Part shown: positions 12,201 to 25,330 of the stretch, one piece after another | Numbering within the stretch: the first letter of the stretch is position 1 | How the letters are laid out: the number at the start of each line of letters is the position of its first letter | NCBI RefSeq assembly: GCF_033153115.1 | Contig: NW_026889769.1 | Span: 7,316,001 to 7,380,000, forward strand | From: Saccostrea echinata | Lineage: Eukaryota | Direction of reading: 5' to 3' | DNA length: 64,000 nucleotides | Notes under the pieces: generated by a model | What the model saw: the letters and a program-made list of their open reading frames with translations, nothing else | Databases searched by the model: none | What the model was told of the DNA's origin: nothing | Program-made: the position numbers and the translations under genes

Positions 12201-15200
12201 GCAAATGAGAAATTATTTTTTTTTGGGGGGGGGGGGAGGGGTTAGAATAGAGTACTCTGCTTTTATGGACATGGTGGGAGGAAAAATTTCCATTCACATA
12301 TTCACAAAGCACCAGTGTTGATTATAATACAATTAGAAAAGAATTCATTTGAAAACTTTATGATAACAATTTTTCAATGATTGACATGTACTTTTCAAAA
12401 ATTTGGCTTATTTAATAAATTTCATTTCATTACAAATTTCATTGATGTTATTAAGACTTCTGAATACTTGCCATCTTTTGTATTGTGACTCCATACCACA
12501 TAGGAAGTTATTTATTTTTTCAAAGCACCTTTTGAAAAATAGTGCAAGGTTGTGCATTATTTGGGAGGTGTTATCTTCTAAATGTGCAAGAGATGAGACA
12601 TTACTGATCTCCTGAAAAACATTCATTTATCATATTTCAAACAAATCTACCTTCAGATAAGTTAATCAGTCCCACCAACTACCTCATTAGTGTTAATTGC
12701 GTATTTCTCTGCCAATTTGACCTGTCAGAGCAAAGGGAACTAGTTGACGGAAAGATTTAAGGAGTCCATTTACAACCTGATTATATTCCAATTTACTCCA
12801 ACCACCCAGGAATTAGGACTAATTTGGTCTCGCCTATTATGCCTTAAAGTCGGGGGACTTTTAACAGGATGTAAAAAGGATGCTTTTTGTCGTAAATTTG
12901 TCACAATGAAAGTTTTGCCCATTTTTGCCCTTTTAAGTAGTGTAAGAAGTCCGCATAATCATTTCTAAGATGAAAGAGAGGGCTTGCTACTTTGTGTTCC
13001 AACTTGATATAGCAGAGTTGTAAAAATTAACTAAAATGGCTGGTTCTAGCTCATTTGATGCTTACAAGCCAAAAGACTGCTTAATGGCCCGACTAAATTA
13101 CCCCCTTTTTAAATGCTTAGATTTCCATGGAATTTAGTGCAAACTTTAAAATTCTGTTAATTATATTTTTTCATTGAAAGTATTAACACTATGAAGACCT
13201 GCCAAATTATTCTCACGTAAATTGTAACCATCTTGTTAATTTCCGTTACAACTCCTATGCACGTTAGAAGTAAGATTACTTCAGCAATGAAATTTTTTCA
13301 AATGTTCAATTAATGTCAAGTGTTTTTCATAACTATGCACATTTCAAAAAGCTGCCTCCATTTAATACCTGTACCATTTTCAGCAGCACTGAAAAACAAG
13401 GTAATAGTTGTTTGATTACTTTAATTTGTGATATTTTGATTAAGTTTCTCACAAATGATGAATTAAGGTTAGTCTTCCTATTTCATTCCATGGAAAGCAT
13501 ACAGACACACATGACTGATTGTATTTCCGTAGTCAGGACACATTAGGAGAGACTGTGGAAATGAAAACGTTAAATACTGAATTGCAGAATTTCAACACAT
13601 TAACAAAGTTATGCTGTTTATTTCTTTTGAAAAAACAGAGAATTTCTCAATTGTAAAGTAAGGCCCTTTAAATAAAAATGCACCTATATATGGTTACCTT
13701 GGTGATAGCTACCTGTAAAAGTGAACCTGGAGGGATGACAGTAAGGTCTTTTAGGAAATGAGAATGTTACTGTGGTGGTTGCATTTGTGGCCTGTAGACT
13801 TTCAAATAAGGATTGTTTAAATACAATTTTTTTTTCAAAATCAGATACAATATCTGATATTATGTTTTAATGTGCACATATTCAACTTCATTCAGATTTG
13901 TTTAATGTTTAATTTCCTTAGGAATTCTAAAAAGACAAAAACAGTTAACTTTTGATTACATTTAGTTTTAGAAATGGTAGAACTTTGATGTGTTTTGTGT
14001 TCTATTGACAGAGCCATATCAAGAAGATGCACAGTTTTAACCTTCACTCAAGATGAACAGAATATCTTGGTGGCTGACAAGTGGGGGGATGTTTTCCAGT
14101 TCTCTGTCACAGAACCTCAGAGAGAGGGACAACTGTTACTGGGCCATCTGTCTATGTTACTGGACATTGTAAGTCAAATTAAAGCTAGTGTGGTCTAGCT
14201 GTGTCATTACATATCATAAGTCAAATTAAAGCTAGTGTGGTCTGTGTTATTACATATCATAAGTCAAATTATAGCTGAAGTGTCTGTGTCATTACATATC
14301 ATAAGTCAAATTATAGCTAGTGTGCTCTGTCTGTGTCATTACATATCATAAGTCAAATTATAGCTAGTGTGATCTCTGCGTCATTACATATCATAAGTCA
14401 AATTATAGCTGAAGTGTCTGTGTCATTACATATCATAAGTCAAATTATGGCTAGTGTGGTCTGTCTGTGTCATTACATATCATAAGTCAAATTATAGCTA
14501 GTGTGCTCTGTCTGTGTCATTACATATCATAAGTCAAATCATAGCTAGTATGCTCTGTCTGTGTCATTACATATCATAAGTCAAATTATGGCTAGTGTGG
14601 TCTGTCTGTGTCATTACATATCATAAGTCAAATTAAAGCTAGTGTGCTCTGTCTGTGTCATTACATATCATAAGTCAAATTAAAGCTAGTGTGCTCTGTC
14701 TGTGTCAGATTATAGCTAGTGTGTCATTACATATCATAAGTCAGATTATAGCTAGTGTGGTCTGTGTCACTACATATCATAAGTCAGATTATAGCTAGTG
14801 TGGTCTGTGTCATTACATATCATAAGTCAGATTATAGCTGTGTCATTACATATGTCAGATTATAGCTAGTGTGGTCTGTGTCATTACATATGTCAGATTA
14901 TAGCTAGTGTAGACTATCTATGTGATAAGTCTGTGTCTATGTCATAAGTTAGTTTGTAGCTAGTGTTCTTTGTTTTGTAACAGGACAATTGCTATTTTAT
15001 TAACTTAGAAAGAATCCAAGGGTTGTAAAGATCCTTTACAATTTAAGCACTGGAAAAAATTTCAATGTCTATTTCTTTTTGGGGGGAGGGGGCATTTTAG
15101 CACAATATGAAAATAAAAAAAATAATCTTGTTAAATTTTTGACAGTCATATGACTCATTGACTGCATAGCATTGGTGCTAGAAGTCAATGGAAAAAATTA

Positions 15201-18200
15201 AATAACAAGAATGCGTAGGTAAGGAGTACTGCAATAAGGGTAAAACATGGGTACTTATTTTTTATGAATGAAGCTTAGAACTTGATTTGGATTGAAACCT
15301 AAGATTATGACCATGATAGAGAATTAAGGAGGTGATTTCACACCAATATAACTACGCATCTAGACCACTCATATTGCCCACATGTCCTCACACAAGACGA
15401 AACAAAGAGAAGGATTACGTCCAATATCACGTAGATTTCACAGTCGTGATGTTTGTTTGTTCTTGTAGTTGAATTTCAGTAGACAGTTATGCTTACTGTA
15501 TATAAATAAACTGTTTTACATGTTTTTTTTTTTAATATTAAAATTTTTAAGGACTTGAGGAATTAAAGAGAATATTTACTTAATAAACAATAAAATGCTT
15601 TCTTTGGTTGTTAGTATGGGAATTAATGTTGCAGCTGTTGCAGAAAATACATAACCTGAGTAAGCGGTTTATGTAACTTTTTCTGCAATAGCTGCAACTG
15701 TTTATTCCTTTATTAAAGAAATAAGAAAGACATTTATTGTTTAAATTTATGTCTGTATAAATAATCATAGGTTAATATTGAATCCATTGTATTTTTCATT
15801 GATTGAGCAGCACATATACTGCACAAGAAATCTACACAGGTGGCTTGAAAAACCAGTTAATGGCGTTTATGAATTGATAAATGACTGTGGTTTTCATAAG
15901 AAATATAGGACATAAGAGGCTGCTGAAATTAATTCTTCATTTAATGTCGCCTATAAATTTCAAAACTGACAAGGGAGGGAGAAAAAAAATTAAACAAAAA
16001 TTTCAAACAAATGAGTATCAAACTCATCTACATGAATTAAAATACTGTCAATAATTGTACATCATGCAGGCTTATTGTTTAATGATCATTTTCAGTAAAT
16101 CTATCAGTTTAAATGATAGACTCAGCTCAAATGTACCTCACAGAAGACCGAAATGTTGTCTTTCTCTACGGAATGCAGTTTTCAGGTGGTAAAAGTAAAG
16201 ACAACTGGAAAAGAAACATTTAAAAACATCAATTTGTTTTTTCAAAGTGCCAATTTCTCTGAAACCTATACGAGCAGGTTACGTTAAACATAGAATTAAC
16301 TTTGGACAGGCTTAGTGGATGTGAATACTGTCAAACTTTGTTATCTCGAATTCAATGGGACCGGGATTAAACTTCAAGATATGCAAGGATCTGAGATAAC
16401 TAGATTAAAAAAACATAAAGGAAAAGTGGTTGGGACTGCCAGATCACTTCAACATATCCCAGATATTTGAAATATTGGTGTTAGAGAAAACAAAGTTCAA
16501 CTGTATTATAAATTTAGATAGTTCTTAAGGTCAGATGACATGTTCCTCAAAAATATAATTTTTTCCAAGAATTTGTCATTGAAGTATTGCTACTTTAAAA
16601 AGTTTCCTCACAAAAAATTAAGGTACCTAATACCAGGCATTTATGCAAGATACCAGAGGATGTTATTTACTATAAAATCCTTTTTGGAAATCTCTAACAT
16701 TGCCCATATCATAATTTTTTGGTGTCTTTATCTACCGGAACTCATTGTCTCAAGCCATGGTCCGGAGACTCTGCATAAAGCTCTCTCCTACCCATGGCTG
16801 TTTGATCATAAAAAGTGTCGTAATCTTGAATATTTACGCCTCTGTATTGTGATGTCATGTTCAGCCAATGGCAGTATTTGTTTCCATCGCAATTGAAATC
16901 AACAATTGACATCAACAGTATACAAGAAATGTTTCGTATACTGTGATTGGGTATTGAAAGGTCTCATCAAAGTTCACTATCCGACTATATATGCTTTACT
17001 TGCATTGGTCAATATTTTAATGAACTACGAAATATTTTCTTCTCATTCAACCACGGCCAGAATGGGAGAGGATCGTACATTTTGGCCGTGGTTTGCAACG
17101 ATGTTATCTACTTTGACATTTTGAAAACAGTGTAAAAATCACAAAATAAAGATAATTATGATAAATTTGTTGTATATTATGAAGAGGTACAACACAGATA
17201 TTTGAGCAATGTGTCATCAGACATTAAATGGATTATTTATTATTACTGTATACAGGGAAATTTTTGCCCCTGTTTTATTTTTGCCCCTTTTGCCCTACTC
17301 ACAATTGAGCGAATTTCAACAAGACAAATTCAAAGAACACAGTATAATGTCTTATTATGTTTAATCCCAGACTTAGGCCCCCGAGTGGGGATAATTTGGT
17401 CTTATACTGAAAATGTATTATATATCTCTTAAAAGTTTTAAAGGGGGCAAACTTCATGCAGTTTCATGAAGAAAAAGTTCCACAACCAATTTTTGGAACT
17501 TCATGTCAAACAGCTAGATCAGATTTCCAGTCCTAGGAGGGATCAAGTATGTCATAGTCGGAGAAAATTGTGAAGACTGCCCAGGCCATAGGGCTTCTTG
17601 TTTGATCATTTATAATAAATCTCATTTATATGAAATGACTTCACTCAACTTCCTGTTACCTTGACAGGAAGGAATTCCTATACATGTCTTCATAAATACA
17701 TATAGATTAAATTTGGAAACCCCAGTGTTGTTAAGTATTTCACATATGATGATAATGTGCTGATCTTGAATTGCTTGCATATATTACAACAAAGATTGAC
17801 ACTGTCTGCAAACTTTTCAAACAGCTTTTCATTTAGGTCATTTCCTGAATATTGTGAAGGATTACTTTGTATGTTCATAGATAGATTTCACTGTGTACAA
17901 GTAAACTGAATTTAGCTCATTTTCTCAATTACCATGAGCCATAAGGGTTACTTATACGCTGGAGAGAGTATATCTCATCTTTGCTAATAATTTGTGATGT
18001 TGACCCAACTTTTAATATTGACCTATGTAGGTGCATAATTAATAACAAAGATAATTAAAATTCTTGAAGGAATATTTTGACATAGAATTACTCTATAAGA
18101 TTTAACATATAAATGTTCTTTCACAGAGATTTGCACTCACAAATTATTGGCTAGGCTGGTTGAAGACGCAGAATGACACATTCCAACAAGTGAGAAAGGA

Positions 18201-21200
18201 AAGAATGTGAGGATGGGGGATTTAATATATATATTTTTAAATATTTTTCACAGTTTGAAAATAGGTACAGAGCATGCAGCTTACTTTTGATATAATCTTA
18301 GGTGTACATTAGAAGTACATTTTAAAACAGCAAATTTAATCAAAAGAAATTTGGAATCAGAGAACTAGAACAAAGCAAAAAGATTTAATATGGATGGAAA
18401 GTATTTAGATACATAAGATAACCATTGGGGCTAAAATAATTTAGCAAAAAATTGCATTTTTAGCTCTACTGGTCAGAGACTAAAAGAGCTTATGGGATAA
18501 TAAGGTGTCAATAGTCCACCCAGCAGTCTGTTTAGCTGTATGTTTGTTTGTAAATAATTTTTAGCTCAGCTGTCTGTCTGTCTGTAAACTCACATTTTCA
18601 ACTTCTTCTCAAGAACCACTGGACTAATTTTTACCAAAATTGGTACAAAGCATCCCTTGATAAAAGAGATTCTAAATTATTGAAAGGAAGGACCATATCC
18701 CCTTCCAAGGGGAGATAATCAAGAAAAGGCAAAAATAGGGTGGGCTCATAAAAAAAATCTTCTTCTCAAGAATCATTGGACCAGAAAAGCTGAAACTTAC
18801 GTGGAAGCTTTGTTAGGTAGTGTAGATCATAAATTGTTCAAATCACGGCCCACGGGATTAGGGTGGGGCCATAATAGGGATTATATAGGGAAAAATCTTT
18901 GAAACTCCTAAAATCCATGATGAATCATATTAATGTGGAAGCATCCTCTGGTAGTGTAGATCCATTTTTGTTCAGATCATAGTCCCTGAGTATAGAATGA
19001 GGCCACAAAAGGCCATGCAATAATACAGAGGAGTAAATGTATGTTGGGGAAAAATCAAACGCAGAACAGCAGGACCAAAGTGACTCAGGTTAGCATTGTG
19101 GCCCATGAGCCTCTTGTTCAAAATGCTACTCCTCCTATAGTTTTGGTCCCAATTTCCATATAACTTGGTCCACAAGTAGACTACACTAAAATAAAAAAGT
19201 TATTTTCTCTATTATTATCTCTCCCAAATTTTTGGTAGCATAAAGAAGAGATATATCGTTTCTTTTCCTTTTGACCTTTCAGTTGACCCCACAAAGGGAC
19301 ACAGTTTTTGTGAAGTGTGGATTGGACTATTGGAATCTGTGCTTTACTGTATTTGAAAAATTGAAATACAGTTTGAATATAATAGCAGTTTTGTAAAAAA
19401 AAAAAAAAAATATTAAGAGGAAAAATGCAATCCATGATATCCAGTGGAGAAGTGAAAAAACTATGTTGTTTTGATAAGATAAGCTTGAATCAAGTGTCCA
19501 AATGATATATATATATTTTTTTTTTTTGATTCATTGGTTCCGTGAAATTGAGTAGTCTTTATTTGTCAAAATTTGACGAGGCCAAATAAGGCAATTTGTG
19601 AATGCTGTTTTTTGACATTGGAGTGGAGGGGATAAAAATTTGTCTCTCCCCAAATTAAAAATTTTCAACAGGGCATTTGTAAATCTTAATATTATCAGTC
19701 TGATAATAAGCACTACCACTGAAGTTACGTGCTTTCTTTCACAAAACTGTCTTTGCCAGAAAATAATTAAATGTTGTATTTACATTTGAAAGAACAATAG
19801 GGATAACAGTTCTTGGTTATAATGACTCCTCAGCAGAAATTACTTAGGCATTGTTAGGGAACTTGTATTGCTCTAATGATACCTTAATACTGCTTTATTA
19901 AATAAAATCACATTCTGATATGACCCCAAAAAAAATCTGAAACTGCAGTAAATGTCTAAAAATGTGTAAAAGGGACCTTTCTGTTTATTTTCAGCTGACT
20001 ACAAAGGGAGATAAGTATGTAGTGACTGCAGATAGGGACAACAAAATAAGGATAAGCAACTACCCAAACAGTTACAACATCCACAGCTTTTGTCTACATC
20101 ACACTGAGTAAGTATCAAACAGTTACAGTGTCCACAGCTTTTGTCTACGGTACACTAATAATAAGTATCAAACAGTTACAACATCCACAACTTTTGTCTA
20201 CATCACACCAAGTAAGTATCAAACAGTTACAACATCCACACCAAGTAAGTATCAAACAGTTACAACATCCACATTAAGTAAGTATCAAACAGTTACAATG
20301 TCCACAGCTTTTGTCTACATCACACCAAATAAGTATCAAACAGTTACAACATCCACAGCTTTTGTCTACATCACACCAAGTATGTATATTGTAGATTTGT
20401 GTACTATAGATAGGGTTATTTTTGCCCTTTTGCACTTGAAAGTATTTGGTCCCTTTGAAATTTGCCCAGACACAGGGTATGTATAAGTAGGTGAAAATTG
20501 CTTATTTATGAAAATAGCCAGTGGCTATGCATTGTGAATTCATTGCACAATGTGAGAATACTAATACGTTAGTTGTCTTAGTATGGAAAAGGATTCTGGT
20601 CCTCAAGTAAAAAGCAGTGATCAAATTTTATATTTACCTGTATATATCATGCCTTGTGATCCTCTATAATTCTTAGGCCTTCATTTTGCATGCCTAAAGT
20701 CATAGCTACCCTTCTTTGATATTTATATGACATTGTTCGAAAGGTAAATGTATACTTACAGGGAATATAGACTTGGCTGCCATTCATTCTGATCCTTGAT
20801 TCTAAATAAGCATTCAAAATGTGTGTACAGTAAACATTTATCTATCAACACATTCAAGATTTTATTAAGTGGATTTGAAGTTAAGCAGATTGTGAAGTTT
20901 TCAACAAAGATAAATGTCATTAACATCCTCTTTTTAGGTATGTATCCAGTCTTGTATACAATGAAGACCAGGATACCATTATCTCAGGAAGTGGGGTATG
21001 TACCTCTCCATTTTGTTTTTGGTCACCTTACCATTGATTTTATGGTCATGTACCGGTATTACTGGTAAGGTGTTACTAAAAAAAGAGAAGATGTAGAAAC
21101 AGACCAGGATTCAAACCCTGGACTCACCATATTCTGCAGATGTTTGTCCCACTGAGCTGCTGGTTGCCATGAGAATCAACCCTGCCACATCTATTGCATT

Positions 21201-24200
21201 CCTCAAATCTTTAAGGTGTTTTCCCCTGGAGATAAATATGATATTGACTCTTTTGTTGCCTTGTTTGAGGTTTTTAAGAGTCTCTGGGATGCGGGAGGGT
21301 GCATGGCACCAGTAAAATGGGAAAAAAAGAGGGAAACCGATTAGGGATTCAAACCCCTATATCTTTCACTCACTCTGTTAAATTCTCATCACTACAGGGT
21401 ACAATGGGACTAATCCACTACCAGTGCTCTATGGCTTATGTGCCTTATACTTGTGATTTAATCTTGATTACCATTTTTACAGTCCCTGATTTGAACAATT
21501 CTACATAAAACATTTTGAATTCAGAGTTAAGTCTTGTGTATCAAAAAACAGATCCGATTCTCCATGGAAGTAATACAGGGACTGAGAGAGGAGTATTAGA
21601 TACAAGCTTAACCAAATACAGTATGGCGAACAGATTATAAAATCACACTATTGTCAACAAAAAGTTAGCGGTCAAAGATTAATTTTTTAACTTGCTGTGG
21701 TAGTGGAGATACTATGTGCCCCTGTAGAAATGTCTCACATTGTAAAGTAGCCGTCAGCACACTGTGGCTTTGGAGGGGAGGATAATCAATCATAAGTATT
21801 TGTGATACAAGGGTTTTATTTATTTTACCAAAGGGACTTTTGCGTCTACTGATCATGTTACAGTTGCATTGTCCCTCACAAGCAATATGTTGCACTGGCT
21901 GCACAATGCAGCGCATTGGTGGTTGTAATGTTTTTACTCCCGAACAATAATTTAATTTTCATCCACCCACTGCATCAGATAATTTAATATCTACAATTAT
22001 ATCTGTGAGTGTGATGCTGTAAGCAAGATCCTAATCTTTAGTGAATAAACGTATTGTTACAAAATTAGCCTGTTTATGACATACGAAAACAGATGTTTAT
22101 CCCCATGCAGTCAGACATGTGCAACATTTACTTCTTGACAATCAGATGCATGTTTTAAGATTTGATTTATTAATTGTATGTTTATTTTTTTTTTCCTGGT
22201 AAAGGAGAATTCAGGTCAATTTTTATATAAAGTGTTCAGCTTTTTTTCCAGTTCAGTATAATAAAAAGCTATAATTATACAACAAGAAATTGTTTAATAG
22301 ATTAAATTATTTCAAAGTACATGTACATACTTAAATACCAATAGCATAAATGATATTTGAGAGCTGTGAATTTACATTATGAAGGAGGGTCTTGGAGGAA
22401 AAAAAAATTAACTAGGGTCTCTTTTTACCTTCAATACTATTGAGAAAATGTGATTTTTTGGATGAAGTGTTGATACTAATCATTTTGGTATTATTAATGT
22501 TTTCTCCTTCATTATTTTTTTTTTAATTGACCAAGTGCACAACTTGGAACAGAAAACTATCTCAAAGGTTAATTTTGGGAAGCTTGAATTCTTTATTGTT
22601 AAAAATAATTTTAAAAATTTTAAGACCTTGCCTAGAATTGTTATATAAAAGAAGGGTAATAAGCAATGATGTTGGTGGTCCAGATGCTGCCTTATATGGA
22701 TCTAGATAAGAGTATTTTCCTTGAGTTGTTTAAACATTGAATTGTATGGCCAAACTAATTGTCTGCCAAATCCAGGACACAATGTGCAGTGTCACATCAG
22801 TTGTATAGAGTTTCCTTCTGATAAACGGTGGCAACATCTCGCAGCATTATTCCACTAATGTATCACCGTGGTGATCGACTCATTGTGGTCAAACCTATGA
22901 ATGACTCCTACGATTAGAACAAATTAGCGGTATTTGGGGTTTTGTCACATAATGCAACTAGGTCTGCTTTCATATTAATTGCATCTATTAATTTACACAA
23001 CAATATATTTTTTTGAGTGATTAGAGTTTGCTGAAATTGGATCAGGCTAATTGGAGAAAAGTGTGTTTCAGATTGAGGAAAAGATAAGCTTCATAGAATT
23101 TTTGTTCAAATTCAGGGCAGGGTCAAACTATCAAGTAACATGCATTTTGCTTAGGCAATTAATTTCTTATGTTACCTGAAAATTATATTGCCTAATAAAT
23201 CAGGTTTTATGCAAACAGAAATTTGAATTGTTTTTTCTTTCAAATATAGAAATAATTGCAGGATTTATTTTCATAAATGGACGATAAATGATATCTGTAT
23301 GATTTTTTTTTACTTCACATGTTAAAAAAAAAAGATATTGTATTTAGTTTTAATGTACTCTTCTTGGAATTGAAATCTGATAACATTTACAAATTAACAT
23401 TTAAAGAAATTGAGGTGTGGGTTTTGTGTTACATATTTTTGTGAAATTGTAATTGACTATTTCAGTGACAGAAAAAAAGATTTTTCAGAACTTTTTTTAT
23501 TAATATTTGTGTTGGAAAAACCATCCAGAAGCTCTGATTGAAGCAAGATTACATAATTGTTCTGTACATGAATTGAATTTTTATAAACTGGACATCCAGG
23601 AGTTTTTTTTTTTAAATTTTTTTTTTGGGGTGGGGGGGTGGGGGGGGGAGTCCACACCCACTAAAAAGAAATCTGACAAGCAAAAAAATAAACAATTTGT
23701 CCAAATCCTAATTACCTATTTCGTGGTGGTGATGGGATGGGGCTTACAAGTCGCTTTCCTTTATATATATGATTCAATCTCCGTACATTTTACCAGTGAT
23801 CTTTGATTTCTAGTGGGTTCCAAAGTAATTTTTTTGTTACTTAACGATTTGATAATTCTGAAATCCCAAAAGGTAGGGATGGGTGGTCCTGAACCCCCTT
23901 CTAGATCCCAGCATCTTTCTTATCTCTGCTTTTAAAAGTAAAAAAAGTAAAAGTAAAAAAATAACAGCATTTCAGTTTTGGGAAAAAAACCCATTATACT
24001 GCACAGTAGACTTCAACTTAGCTGTGCACTAAATATTGATCTTATGGGTGTAACATTATATCTAGTCCATTATGCTCTTGAGGGAAGATAGAAGATGCAC
24101 ATCACAATTTTTTCTCATGTCCTAATCATATTGATGCAAGAAAAGATTTTTCTAACAAGTTTTTGAGATTTTATAAAGTTCGTATCATTGACACTTCACT

Positions 24201-24325
24201 CGGTATTGCTTAAAATGAATTTTATTTCTATTGTACATTCATATATTCAACATTCTGGTAGATTTAAATGACTATTCTTGTATACTATTATTCTAGCTGC
24301 ATATAATTATTAGCTCACCTGAGCG

Positions 24326-24357
<32 letters not shown>

Positions 24358-25286
24358 TGTCCGTCGTTTGTCCATCTGTCTGTAGATTTTTCATATTTTC
24401 AACTTCTTCTCAAGAACCACGGGGCCAATTTTAACCAAAGTTGGTATAAAGCATCCTCGGGTGAAGGGCAGTTGAAATGAAGAGCCAAGCCTCCTTACAA
24501 GGGAAGATGATCAAGATATGACAAAAATAAGGTGGGGTCATTAAAAAATCTTCTTCTAAAGAACCACAGGACCAGAAAAGCTGAAACTTATACGGAAGCA
24601 TCCTGGAGTAGTGTAGATTCTAAGTTGTTCACATCAAGACCCTTGGGGGTAGGATGGGGCCACAGTAAGGAATCAAAATTTAACATTGAAATATTTACAA
24701 AAAAATCTTTAAAAATCTTCTTCTCAAGAACCACTGGGCCAGAAAGCTGAAATTTATATGGAAGCATCCTGGAGTATTGTAGATTCTAAATTGTTCAAAT
24801 TATGAGCCCGAGGGTAGGGTGGGGCCACAATGGGGAATCAAAGTTTTACATTGAGATATATAGGAAAAATCTTTAAAAATCTTCGTTAGGGGTCATTGTG
24901 CTTCTTTTGGCGCTATGGAGCACTTAATATAACCTTTTTGCACTGTAATTACGTCTAACACATAAATCAATTTTTCTCAGTTTTTCCTCTCATATTTTTT
25001 ACCCAAATAAATTATGGGAACAGACACAGTGAGTCTTTTTTTTCATCTTGAATAGTTTTTTTTTTTTTTGTGGGAACATAAAAAAGTTTTAAATTACCTC
25101 ACATAGTCAATTATTTGACCTTCCTGCACTCAAAAAATGTCATTTTTCTGGCATTAAAAATCTAACAAGCAATAAAATCATTTGAAAGTAATGACATTTT
25201 TTAGTGAGCTTTTCTGATCACATTTTATCTGTAGTCCATCTGTCCATCTGTCTGTCTCTCCGTCTGTAAACTTTTCACATTTTCGA

Positions 25287-25330
<44 letters not shown>

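Noticed and set aside
14148-14965. CRISPR-like appearance of the short tandem arrays
   Set aside because: No unique spacers, no cas genes, and a eukaryotic intronic context.
16540-17432. Cluster of short ORFs
   Set aside because: AT-rich, non-protein-like translations overlapping probable DNA-transposon remnants.
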